From: a bacterium
GTDB lineage: Bacteria > Hinthialibacterota > Hinthialibacteria > Hinthialibacterales > Hinthialibacteraceae
NCBI GenBank assembly: GCA_963662285.2
Contig: CAXXMV010000008.1
Location: forward strand, 672,001-736,000
Length of the DNA stretch: 64,000 bases
Direction of reading: 5' to 3'
The stretch's first letter is position 1. Each line of letters starts with the position of its first letter. Shown in pieces: positions 47,752 through 57,113 of the stretch. The notes under the pieces are model-generated. The model saw nothing but the letters and a program-made list of their open reading frames with translations, was not told the DNA's origin and did not search any database. The translations under genes and the position numbers were made by a program.

Positions 47752-49713
47752 TCAACGATACAATTCGTAATTCGTTACACCCGATTTAAAATCATTGAGA
47801 TTCCACAAGTACATCGCTGTATTTCTCGTTCCCGTTATAAATCCCGAACCATCGGGGATGAATTCGGTGTAGGTGGATTTCCCATCAAGCGTATGAATTA
47901 TTTCACCTGACGAGGCATTCCATAATTGGATCACATCACCCGTTTCTGTTCTTCCCGATGTTATAACATAGGAACCATCGGGAGAAATAGCGGAGGAAAA
48001 GATTCCTCTATCAAATTCGTCCATACCTTGGCAGAATGCACCAAATTCATGAAGAATCTCACCGGTTATTATGTCGATTAAATAAGCGCGGCTGTTATCT
48101 TCCAGCAGTGCAAGAGATGTTTTATTTACATATCCGGATAATTTCATTTCACTATCCAGGATCTCGTCTCCGGATTGCACATCGAAAATCTTTGTGAAGT
48201 ATAAATTTCCTGAATCCAATACATAGAAAACACCGCCAGCAAGAAGAATCTTGCCATCCTCCGATAAATGAACCGTATCAATGATGGGGTGTATTATCAA
48301 ACCCCATCCCTCAATATTTTTTACAAAAGAAAAATCCCGTATTGTTTCCCCTGTTTCAGCATCCCAAAGAGACACTTTTCCTTTATGCCCGGTCACATTT
48401 AATTTCCCATCAAATGAAGAAGTGAAAGCAAATACATCAAATTTTAAATCAAAGAAAGAAGTAGACTCTTTATTTGACGGGAATGTTTTTGTCAGCATGA
48501 TTTCTCCGCTTGTCATATCTATTGAGTCGAGGATTGTAGATTCGTCATTCAAGGTGTAAACCATCTGCAACAATCCATTGGAAGAAAAGGCGAACATGGA
48601 TGTTTCCGGCTGAATATCGAATGATGGGATAAAACTTGTCTGACCGGTTAAATCCCAAAATAAAATGGTATTTTCACAGTGCATATTGTCGGCTAAAGTG
48701 ATAAAAATCGTACTGTCAGGAGATAAAGCATAAGAATCAATTCCATCAAGATGACCGGCAAAATTCCGTATAACTGTACTGCTGCTCAAATCCCAAAGTT
48801 TCAGGATTCCAATAACCGAACCACAAAAAACCTGATTTCCATCCGTGGCGTATTGGATAAATCGGATAGGAGTTGAATAATCACCAAAGGTTTGAATCCA
48901 TTCTCCGGTTTCAACATCCCATTGGCTGATGGTTCCATCCGAACCAGTCAATACGGTTTTTTCATCTTTCGCGAGAGCGATTGAATTGCAGTTCTCTGTA
49001 TACTGCCGGATAATCTCACCGGTTTCGAGATCCCATAGCAAAGCCAGACCATTCCAACCGCCTGTAAACAATCGTTTCCCATCCGCTGAGAAGTCAGCAA
49101 AAATCGGTCCTCCATGCCCCGTGTGTTTAGATAATGTATGAATCAAAGCCCCGGTTTGCGTATTCCAAACTCTGATAACGTCATGCGCTCCTTCACCTAA
49201 ATGAGGAGTAATAATCTTGCTGCCGTCTGGAGAAAATTTCACGGGTCCTTGCCTTATCCCTTTCTTATAATTAAAAGACATGACAATCTCCAGTGTGTTT
49301 ATATTGATTAACTTGTCTTCCAGGAGTATTTGCTTTCCATCCGGTGAAAAATCGACAGCTCTTGCGGAATATGGAATTGTTAAAATATGCTTACCGGTTA
49401 GAACATCCCATAATGTGGCGTGTTCTTCTCCGCCCGCCAATAGTTGCGTCCCATCCGGTGAAAAAGCGATTCCATAATATTCCACTGGATCTTTAAAATG
49501 CTGAGTGATCTTTCCCGTTTCCAAACTCCAGATAAACACGCCGCCATTGCCGCCTGTGGCAAAGTGCTTACCATCGGAGGAAACATCGATTATGTGAAGC
49601 TCATTGAGACCCGGCATCCAAACCGGCTCGATCTCTTTTGCGTCTACTGAGATTTGAATGAATAGAATGATTGCGGTAATGATTCTATTCATTAAATAAA
49701 TAAATTTGTTCAT
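47752..49713 (-). CDS. Secreted WD40-repeat beta-propeller protein
   Basis: Signal peptide; repeated FSPDG...LWD..TG; C-terminal tail SGVTNYELYR. Confidence 0.88.
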   Translation of the reverse strand: MNKFIYLMNRIITAIILFIQISVDAKEIEPVWMPGLNELHIIDVSSDGKHFATGGNGGVFIWSLETGKITQHFKDPVEYYGIAFSPDGTQLLAGGEEHATLWDVLTGKHILTIPYSARAVDFSPDGKQILLEDKLININTLEIVMSFNYKKGIRQGPVKFSPDGSKIITPHLGEGAHDVIRVWNTQTGALIHTLSKHTGHGGPIFADFSADGKRLFTGGWNGLALLWDLETGEIIRQYTENCNSIALAKDEKTVLTGSDGTISQWDVETGEWIQTFGDYSTPIRFIQYATDGNQVFCGSVIGILKLWDLSSSTVIRNFAGHLDGIDSYALSPDSTIFITLADNMHCENTILFWDLTGQTSFIPSFDIQPETSMFAFSSNGLLQMVYTLNDESTILDSIDMTSGEIMLTKTFPSNKESTSFFDLKFDVFAFTSSFDGKLNVTGHKGKVSLWDAETGETIRDFSFVKNIEGWGLIIHPIIDTVHLSEDGKILLAGGVFYVLDSGNLYFTKIFDVQSGDEILDSEMKLSGYVNKTSLALLEDNSRAYLIDIITGEILHEFGAFCQGMDEFDRGIFSSAISPDGSYVITSGRTETGDVIQLWNASSGEIIHTLDGKSTYTEFIPDGSGFITGTRNTAMYLWNLNDFKSGVTNYELYR

Positions 49714-49753
49714 GTTGACATCACCCCATTATGATTTAGCTGACAAATCCTTC

Positions 49754-51505
49754 TTATTGATAATCCCGATAGTTCGTAACCTCAGAAAGAAATGATGGGG
49801 ATTCCCAAAATCGTATGGTTCCGTCACTGCCAGTGGATAAAATACGCCTGTCCTTGAGTAAGTAGATAGAACTTATTAAACCCAGGTGAGCGCAAAACGA
49901 AGATTGTACTGTCAAGGAATTTACATCTGCGATAAGAATATTATGTTTGAATTCCCAGATTCCTTCTTCTAAGATAATATACCCCGCACCGGGAGAAAAG
50001 GCCGCGGATTCCGTATAGCCCAAAGAGATATGATCGCGAAGTTGGAGCCCCCTGGTTAAATCCCATAATTCTGAATCGTGATTATCATCCATCATGCCAG
50101 TACAAAAAAATAGCCATTGACTGTCGCCAGAAAATACAGGGGGAGGACGGGAAAAACGTCTTGGTATAGCCATAGTGTAAATCGGTGTTTTCGAGTCAAT
50201 GTCCCATAAAATTGCTTCATCGTCATCATCAAAAGTAAGTATCTTTGTACTATCCGGAGTGAAAAAAGCACGGTCTCCTGGAAATGTATGCAAAATGTTT
50301 CCAGAATAATCCAACAATGAGCCACCGTTCAGGATATATTTTCCGTCCGGGCTAAAGCCGATGGATCGATTATGGGAATAAATTGGGATCGCTAAAATTA
50401 TTTCTTTTGTCAATGCATCCATCAGTAACGTTCTAACATTTCCAGAACAAACTTTCAAGAGAACATGGTTTCCGTCTGGAGATAGAGCTAAAGAATACGG
50501 TTGATACTCTTCCCCATTGAATTCTGTGAGAACCGTTCCTGCTTCAAGATCCCAAAGTTTGGCCGTAAAGTCTGCATGACCGGTTAATAATAATTTCTGA
50601 TCGCGGGACAATGACGATGCTGCTATCCCTTCATTATGTCCCTGTATAACACGAATTACTTCGCCGGAATTCACATCCAGAACATGAATATCTCCATTGG
50701 TTTGACCAATGAGTATGTGATTGGATACCGGACAGAGCGCCGAAGGCAGAACGGAATTATAGTAGGAATGATACGATGAGGAAAAAACCGTTTCCATCGT
50801 TTCTGTATTCCATAAAGTCAAAAGTCCGGATTTTGAATTGACCAAAACATGTTTCCCATCCGAGGAAATATGAAGGTAGAATATTGTTCCCGCTAATTCG
50901 GGGAAGAGTCTTTCGGTTTTTCCTGTATTTAAATCCATCAATACCGCGTTTTGATTTTGGATGTAAATAATTTTATTTTCAGAAAAATAAAATTGAGTTG
51001 AGAAACTAAAATCCCCCTCCAACCCTTTATTCACTTTTACATTGTCTGATGTTTCCAGATTCCATATTCGCAGTTCATGAGAACCATGAAATAGAGATTC
51101 ATATTCATTGGTTAAAAAACTCGTTCCATCTGGAGAAAAATCGACAGATCTCACGATTCCAGAAGAGGTGAATCTCTTTAATATCCTACCGGTCATAACA
51201 TCGTATAATGTAATTAGGCCATCCCAACTGCCGGTCAGCAATTGATTGCCATCCGGAGAAAAATCCATGGATTGCACGTCTTCATGAGTTAAATAAAACA
51301 AAATTTCCCCCGTATTAAAATCCCAAAGATATCCTCCTCCATTCCCGCCTGTCGCAAGATATTTTTCATCGGGAGAAACAGCAATCGCCCTTAAATTCCC
51401 TAAGGAATATTGCTTAAGTGGTTTTTGAATTTGGTCTTGAGCGTATAGTTGTGATGATACGAGAAAGACAAGCAGGATAGAATGTGTCAAAAAAACGGGT
51501 TTCAT
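49754..51505 (-). CDS. Secreted WD40-repeat beta-propeller protein
   Basis: SD GAGGTG; signal peptide; FSPDG/LWD repeats; tail SEVTNYRDYQ. Confidence 0.9.
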   Translation of the reverse strand: MKPVFLTHSILLVFLVSSQLYAQDQIQKPLKQYSLGNLRAIAVSPDEKYLATGGNGGGYLWDFNTGEILFYLTHEDVQSMDFSPDGNQLLTGSWDGLITLYDVMTGRILKRFTSSGIVRSVDFSPDGTSFLTNEYESLFHGSHELRIWNLETSDNVKVNKGLEGDFSFSTQFYFSENKIIYIQNQNAVLMDLNTGKTERLFPELAGTIFYLHISSDGKHVLVNSKSGLLTLWNTETMETVFSSSYHSYYNSVLPSALCPVSNHILIGQTNGDIHVLDVNSGEVIRVIQGHNEGIAASSLSRDQKLLLTGHADFTAKLWDLEAGTVLTEFNGEEYQPYSLALSPDGNHVLLKVCSGNVRTLLMDALTKEIILAIPIYSHNRSIGFSPDGKYILNGGSLLDYSGNILHTFPGDRAFFTPDSTKILTFDDDDEAILWDIDSKTPIYTMAIPRRFSRPPPVFSGDSQWLFFCTGMMDDNHDSELWDLTRGLQLRDHISLGYTESAAFSPGAGYIILEEGIWEFKHNILIADVNSLTVQSSFCAHLGLISSIYLLKDRRILSTGSDGTIRFWESPSFLSEVTNYRDYQ

Positions 51506-51515
51506 GTTTCACCTC

Positions 51516-53393
51516 TTATCGGTAATATTGATAGTCAGTAACAGTAGATAAGAATGATGGAACGTCCCAAAATCTTATAGTGCCATCTTCTCCGGTGGAT
51601 AAAATGCGCCGGTCATTAAGGAAATAAATGGAACTGGCAGGCCCTTTGTGAGCGCAAAAGGAAGATTTTGCTCTCATGGAATTGATGTCAAGAAATGAAA
51701 TTTTATGTTTGTTACTCCAGATCCCATCCTCGATAACAAGATATCTTGCCCCCGCAGAAAACGCAGCACTTTCTGTATAACCGGCAGATATGTCTCGGAT
51801 TTTAGTTCCCTTTGTTAAATCCCATAATTGTGAATCGTGGCTATCATCCATCATACCAGTACAAAAAAATAGAAGTTTACTATCTCTCGAAAATACAGGA
51901 GGAGGATAAGAAAAACGGCTCGGTATATCCATAGTATGAATCGGTTTTTTCGATTCTATATCCCATAAAATTGCTTCATCGTCATCATCAAAAGTAAGTA
52001 TCTTTGCACTATCCGGAGTAAAAAAAGCGCACTCTCCTTCAAACGTATGTATAAGATTTCCTAAATAATCCCGTAACGAACAACCGGTCAAGAGATAGTT
52101 TCCATCCTTGCTGAAACCAACCGTTCCACGATAGTGAGATAATGGAAATGTGAATAGTTTTTCTTTTGTTCTTGCATCCAGCATATACGCAGACTTTGGT
52201 TCTGAGCAACTGCATAACAAAACGTATTGTCCATCGGGGGACAGGGCAACATATCCTGATTCATAATTATCATCATTGAATTCTGTGAGAACAAGTCCTG
52301 TATTTAGATCCCATAGTTTCGCATAGCTAGTGAAATGCCCGGTCAGTAACAATTTTTGGTCCAGGGACAATGAAGACGCTGCAATTCCTTCATTATGCCC
52401 TTTAAAGGTTCGAATTACATCACCTTTACGTTCGTCCAAAACATCGATATCGCCATTGCTTTTTCCCGCAATTATACGCATTGAGCTTGGAAGGAAGGCA
52501 GTACAGCATAGATCATTAGAATAATGAGGTTTTGTAAATTCGATTTGGCCTGTACTAATATCCCATTTCGTTAATAGATCATTGGATGAAACTGTTAAGA
52601 GATATTTCCCATCTGGAGAAAAACACACTTCCCTTACAATTACTGAACCAAAAGTTGGAGTATCGTGATCGAAGATTTGGATTTCCTCACCCGTTTGTGC
52701 ATCATACAATATGGCGGCTCCCTTAATTCCAATCACTGCATATTTTTCATCAGAAGAAATATCCACGGAATTGATATTGTAATAATTTCCGCCTTCGTGA
52801 TAGCGCTTAAACGTTTGCAAGATTGTTTGCGTTTCAACATCATATAATTCGGATTTTCCGTATTCGGCAGTGAGAATTTTTGTACCTGAAGGAGTGAATC
52901 GGGCTTCGGAGGGATATGATTCATAGAATTCGTAGTTTTCACCTGTTTCGAGATTCCATATGAGAAACATGCTCGAGCCAAAAATGTACCATCCACAGGA
53001 GAGGAAACTTTTACCATCCGGAGAGAAATCGACAGAGAAAACAACTTCAGGAGAACTGTATTTCTTTTTCACTGTCCCGGTTCTCGTATCGTATAGTGTA
53101 ATTATTCCATTAACATTCCCTGTTAGCAAAAGGGCGCCATCCGGAGAAAAATCCATCGTCCAAACGTCTTCATGAGTGAGATAAAATAATATTTTTCCGG
53201 TATTGAAATCCCAGAGATAAGCCCCCCCGGATCCTCCCGTAGCGAGATATTTTTCATCGGGAGAAACAGCAATCGCCCTTAAATTCCCCAAGGAATATTG
53301 TTTGAGTGGTTTTTGAATGTGATCTTGTGCGTATGATTGTAATGATACGAGAAAGACAAGCAAAAGAGTATGTATCATAAAACCTGATTTCAT
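51516..53393 (-). CDS. Secreted WD40-repeat beta-propeller protein (close paralog of 49754..51505)
   Basis: Start reassigned to MKSGFMIHTLLLVFLVS (ATG 53393) by alignment with the paralog; tail STVTDYQYYR. Confidence 0.9.
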   Translation of the reverse strand: MKSGFMIHTLLLVFLVSLQSYAQDHIQKPLKQYSLGNLRAIAVSPDEKYLATGGSGGAYLWDFNTGKILFYLTHEDVWTMDFSPDGALLLTGNVNGIITLYDTRTGTVKKKYSSPEVVFSVDFSPDGKSFLSCGWYIFGSSMFLIWNLETGENYEFYESYPSEARFTPSGTKILTAEYGKSELYDVETQTILQTFKRYHEGGNYYNINSVDISSDEKYAVIGIKGAAILYDAQTGEEIQIFDHDTPTFGSVIVREVCFSPDGKYLLTVSSNDLLTKWDISTGQIEFTKPHYSNDLCCTAFLPSSMRIIAGKSNGDIDVLDERKGDVIRTFKGHNEGIAASSLSLDQKLLLTGHFTSYAKLWDLNTGLVLTEFNDDNYESGYVALSPDGQYVLLCSCSEPKSAYMLDARTKEKLFTFPLSHYRGTVGFSKDGNYLLTGCSLRDYLGNLIHTFEGECAFFTPDSAKILTFDDDDEAILWDIESKKPIHTMDIPSRFSYPPPVFSRDSKLLFFCTGMMDDSHDSQLWDLTKGTKIRDISAGYTESAAFSAGARYLVIEDGIWSNKHKISFLDINSMRAKSSFCAHKGPASSIYFLNDRRILSTGEDGTIRFWDVPSFLSTVTDYQYYR

Positions 53394-53429
53394 TGTCTCT
53401 CTTCCTTCAGTTTTGGTCTGCCTGAACAA

Positions 53430-55502
53430 TCAAAATTGTATAGATAAATATTTTACAGATTGAGAATAAATCCACGTGTCGTTAACAAATTTACCCCGGT
53501 CTTCTTGAGTGGATTCCCGCCCTCCAAATAAGATAAAACGTTTCCGTTTTGAATCGTAAACCAATTCCGCACCGCTTCTTGGACTGGGGCATTGTTGGGT
53601 TGGAATTTCTTGAAATGATTCTCCATCCCACTCTAACGTGCGATGTTCAACTAAATTCTTTGAATATCCAAGAGATATTGATCCTCCCCCGCCAAACAAA
53701 ACAAGAGCCTTATTCATTGGATCAAATCCATAACAGCTTCCCCACGCTGGCTCTTGATCTAGTTGATAGTTTTCGATGCGAATCCACTCTCCGCCATTCA
53801 GTTCCCATAGTTCACTTTTCCAGCCTGGATCCAAAAAACGGGCGGCAAGAGCCATCACTGCTTTGCGGGTGCTATCAAAATAAAGTCCTGAATAACCGGG
53901 AGGCCCCCCACTCGCAATCTGCGTCCAATTCTGTGCATCCCATTCATACGTGTTCGAATACTGCATAGGATTTTCCAGAGTCCCGCCTCCATGACGGATC
54001 ACTTTTTGGCGAATGGGATCATACGCCAGTCCATGTTCCTGGCCCGGTTCACCGGTGGATTCACATACGAGTTCCCAGTTTTTCCCGTCCCATTGCCAGG
54101 TATCCGAGTTTCCCTCCCACCAAGAGTGACCATCTTTGTATTTGAGGTTATAACCGCCGAAGAAGATGGAAACGCCGCGGGCCTCATCGTATACCATTTG
54201 GATGCCAGACCGGTTTGGACCGGTTGTAGAAACTAGTTTCCACTCTTCACCATCAAATTCCCAGGTATCATTTAGCGACTCGATACGGCCTGTCTCATCA
54301 TTTCTACCGCCGTGCAAGACGGCAACATCCCGCATGGAGTCATAACACATCCCCGGCCAATAACGGACCGGTGGACGTTGATGTTCTTCGATTGGAATTT
54401 CTGTCCAGGCTCTCATTGCCGGAATCGCCGCTTTTCCGCCGTAGGGGAGAATCACAACGGTTAAAGCAATGATTAGCAATATAGAAAAGAATGGCAAACG
54501 GGTTCGCAATGGACGTTGATTGTCTAATATTCGAACCAACCGCTTCTTGATCTGGGTCTGGCTATTGATCATACCGGAGGATGCCATGGCCAACGTGGGC
54601 ATTCCATTGGCGTTTAAGACAACGCCTAGAAATCCTTCACCGCAGTCAATCCGCGGTACATTCACCTCTTTCAATGCGATATCATCACAAGCATACTCCC
54701 GTTGCTGGTCGATAAGCCAATTCAGCAGCCAGACGCCGGGATGAAAGAAAAAGAGAATCTGGAATAACTTTTGAAAAAGCTGAATGAGATTATCATACCG
54801 GCGAATATGGGCGAATTCATGCATGCAAATCCATTCCAACTGATTTTCGGAAAACCGCTTTTTGACATCATTCGGGATCAGCAGCATTGGGCGGAAAAGA
54901 CCCCAGACAACCGGTGATGTAACCCAGGAACCAGTCAATAGCGGTACTTCATTATTGATTCCTGCCTGTTCTTTTAATTTGATAATATAGACAGGCAGTT
55001 CGTCTATTTCGATTAATTTTGTTGCTTTAATCAATTGATTGGTTTTTCTCTGCCTCCCCATAAAGCCTGCCAGCAGCCCCATGACAATACATCCCCAAAT
55101 CATCATTACAATTGTTTGGATATTTAGTTTCCCGGTAATCCATGATTTTTGAGCTGATGGGATTGTTTCTAACCCGGATTCAGATAGATTTCTTGTATCC
55201 AATTCACTGGAAGCCGGAACGGCCATATCTATCTCAGGAATTGGATTGAAATAGTTTACTTCCGGAGGTTTTTCTGGAAGAAGTGGATAAAAGTATCCCA
55301 CAATAGAGAATTGGCCGGGAATAACCAATTTGATCAGCACCAATAAGAACAAGCAATAGCCGAATTGGGCGGGCATTTTTTTGCGGAGCAATACCCACAG
55401 CATTCCAACAAAAAGAAGAATCACGATTGAATCCAAGGTTTGATAGAGCATAAAGGATGCCCAATATTCTCCCCATTGATTCAATAGATCATAGGAAATC
55501 AT
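53430..55502 (-). CDS. BlaR1/MecR1-type M56 metallopeptidase sensor fused to a Kelch-like beta-propeller
   Basis: TM segments; SPVVWGLFRPMLLIP; zinc motif HEFAH; FFFHPGVW; REYACDD; IKKRL; C-terminal repeats YD..R...VL(H/F)GG...DTW.(F/W)DG..W. No penicillin-binding domain. Confidence 0.88.
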   Translation of the reverse strand: MISYDLLNQWGEYWASFMLYQTLDSIVILLFVGMLWVLLRKKMPAQFGYCLFLLVLIKLVIPGQFSIVGYFYPLLPEKPPEVNYFNPIPEIDMAVPASSELDTRNLSESGLETIPSAQKSWITGKLNIQTIVMMIWGCIVMGLLAGFMGRQRKTNQLIKATKLIEIDELPVYIIKLKEQAGINNEVPLLTGSWVTSPVVWGLFRPMLLIPNDVKKRFSENQLEWICMHEFAHIRRYDNLIQLFQKLFQILFFFHPGVWLLNWLIDQQREYACDDIALKEVNVPRIDCGEGFLGVVLNANGMPTLAMASSGMINSQTQIKKRLVRILDNQRPLRTRLPFFSILLIIALTVVILPYGGKAAIPAMRAWTEIPIEEHQRPPVRYWPGMCYDSMRDVAVLHGGRNDETGRIESLNDTWEFDGEEWKLVSTTGPNRSGIQMVYDEARGVSIFFGGYNLKYKDGHSWWEGNSDTWQWDGKNWELVCESTGEPGQEHGLAYDPIRQKVIRHGGGTLENPMQYSNTYEWDAQNWTQIASGGPPGYSGLYFDSTRKAVMALAARFLDPGWKSELWELNGGEWIRIENYQLDQEPAWGSCYGFDPMNKALVLFGGGGSISLGYSKNLVEHRTLEWDGESFQEIPTQQCPSPRSGAELVYDSKRKRFILFGGRESTQEDRGKFVNDTWIYSQSVKYLSIQF

Positions 55503-55894
55503 TTGTTCTTTTCACCGTCTTTATGCCTTTTAAGAAGTGAAATCAGTTCCTCAATATCTTCTCCGGATAACTTGCTGTTCTTGACCATGTAAGAAAGAAG
55601 CGGGCCTGTTGTACCTTCCAGAGTGTTTCCCAATAGATTATCCGCTGCACTGGTCAGCGTTTTAATGGCGGAACGCGCTGGCTTGTATAGAAAACTGTTT
55701 CCAATCTGAGTCGTATTCAGAAATCCTTTATCAACAAGGCGCGCCAAAATAGTTTTTACCGTGCTAACAGACCAATTGTTGGGTTGACAAAGATCTTCAC
55801 AAATATCCCGGGCGGCGCAAGATTTCTTTTCCCAAACTGTTCTCATCACTTTCCACTCCGTCTGCGTTAATGGATCAACGGGTTTTCTTGCCAT
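55499..55894 (-). CDS. blaI: BlaI/MecI/CopY-family transcriptional repressor
   Basis: LTQTEWKVMRTVW, WSVSTVKTILARLVDKGFL, FLYKP, LSGEDIEEL; start reassigned to MARKP (SD AAAGGAG); ATGA overlap with the M56 gene. The symbol is family-level only. Confidence 0.92.
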   Translation of the reverse strand: MARKPVDPLTQTEWKVMRTVWEKKSCAARDICEDLCQPNNWSVSTVKTILARLVDKGFLNTTQIGNSFLYKPARSAIKTLTSAADNLLGNTLEGTTGPLLSYMVKNSKLSGEDIEELISLLKRHKDGEKNK

Positions 55895-55926
55895 GGTTCT
55901 CCTTTCCATACGTGGATATGCATATC

Positions 55927-55961
55927 ATCTACAATATTAGATAAACACAATGTTATGTCAA
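55927..55961 (-). promoter_or_regulatory. Sigma70-type promoter with overlapping putative BlaI-type operator
   Basis: Minus strand TTGACA (55961-55956), 16 nt, TAATAT (55939-55934); imperfect palindrome ATCTA-ATATTG-TAGAT (55927-55942) over the -10; direct repeat TAAcATTGT / TAAtATTGT. Confidence 0.6.
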
Positions 55962-56214
55962 TAGGGAATTTCATAATCCAGGAAATAGATGAACTTCTGA
56001 TAATCTTGTATTATTAAGAACCGAAAGAGCGTTTGAGTGTAGCATTAGGCCCGATTTAAGCCTTATTTATTATGTTTGAACGAATAATTGTTGTATTTTT
56101 GCTGTATCCCGAAATGTTGTGATTTGCAACCCACTCAAAATATTTGATTTATAGATCAAAGTACACGTTTGCAAAATAAGTGTACCCAAATCATTTCAGA
56201 TTAGAGATAGCTTT

Positions 56215-56400
56215 TTTATAACTCCCTGCCTAAAATTGTTGGTGTTACTGACGGGGACTTCTGCTTTTTCTCAAATGACCGCATTTTCCTAACACAGAAA
56301 GACGTCTTTTTTACTCTGAAGATTCCAAAGCCGCGTATTTCAATTCGTCCGTCGCTTGCCAGGAGGTCAACAAATGTTTCGAGAATACATTCGGTCTGTA
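56215..56400 (-). pseudogene. HU/IHF-family DNA-binding protein remnant
   Basis: Manual translation ECILETFVDLLASDGRIEIRGFGIFRVKKT (HU/IHF signature GRIEIRGFGxF), then frameshifted *EKAEVPVSNTNNFRQG; no start or N-terminal helices. Not in the ORF track. Confidence 0.75.
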
Positions 56401-56576
56401 TTTATATCCCAACAAGAGAAAATGAAAATGCCCTGAAAAGTCACTGTGCAAACGTATCCCGAGTAAATACAGATATTTCTGCTTTCAGGTGACAAATCCT
56501 GATCTCTTGACTGGTTTACACAACTCTGTGAGTATGTAAAAACTCTTGTCGAATTATCTAACACAGCCCATACGAA

Positions 56577-57113
56577 TCAATAGAGATCATCAAGCATGGC
56601 TTCATACGTCTGACGTTCTTGATGCTTTTTGATATCCGTCCAATGTTTGAATTTACGTTTCTCCGGCGGAGTGCGGAAATGTTTATCTTCCTCGCTGTAC
56701 AACCAGTCACCTATCCATTTCCCTAAATTGGACGAGAAACGAGTGACTACATTCCGGGATTTACGCTCCTGGCCAACCATGCGGGAATTCTCCGCAGCAG
56801 AAGTGAAAACTGTTCGATCGATTATTTCCGCCCATGAAATCGCGCCCGAGACAAGAAAAGCTGCGGTCGAAATACGTCCTGCCCACTTGACTGTGTTAAA
56901 CGCCTTCATCGGGATGCGAGAGAGTTTGTTCATTTCAATTCCCGTCAATCCCATGTATTTCCATATTTTGGGAGTGATATTTAACCACCAACCCATCCGG
57001 CTGGTTCCAGCAATATAAGAGAGATATTCAAGATAGCCTGTGACTTTTTTAGGCCAACGAAGCCACCACAAATGCTTAGAATACGATGAACGCAGGCTGA
57101 AAATCGGGAATAC
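56577..57113 (-). CDS. In-frame continuation of the RHS gene: putative C-terminal cargo/toxin domain beyond a single TGA
   Basis: The 164-aa ORF 56577..57071 plus 14 upstream codons (VFPIFSLRSSYSKH) is in the same frame as the RHS ORF, separated only by TGA 57114-57116. Confidence 0.7.
   Translation of the reverse strand, partial: VFPIFSLRSSYSKHLWWLRWPKKVTGYLEYLSYIAGTSRMGWWLNITPKIWKYMGLTGIEMNKLSRIPMKAFNTVKWAGRISTAAFLVSGAISWAEIIDRTVFTSAAENSRMVGQERKSRNVVTRFSSNLGKWIGDWLYSEEDKHFRTPPEKRKFKHWTDIKKHQERQTYEAMLDDLY

Noticed and set aside
53430-53470. M56-Kelch C-terminus SQSVKYLSIQF as a sixth copy of the sorting motif
   Set aside because: It has S-x-x-V and a terminal aromatic residue but lacks the [NDQ]-[WY] core and spacing; it is also a polytopic membrane protein. 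Not counted.
56161-56186. GTACAC-N13-GTGTAC inverted repeat as an IS end or operator
   Set aside because: Only 6-bp arms, with no associated transposase or second copy seen.
56361-56436. Plus-strand AGGAGGT followed by a 20-codon ORF (MFREYIRSVF...)
   Set aside because: The SD-like sequence is the reverse complement of the HU/IHF remnant codons (DLL); probably coincidental.
56367-56564. 65-aa minus-strand ORF as RHS immunity protein
   Set aside because: GTG start without a clear SD, no recognisable features, and it overlaps the HU/IHF remnant in another frame. Not excluded, but unsupported.
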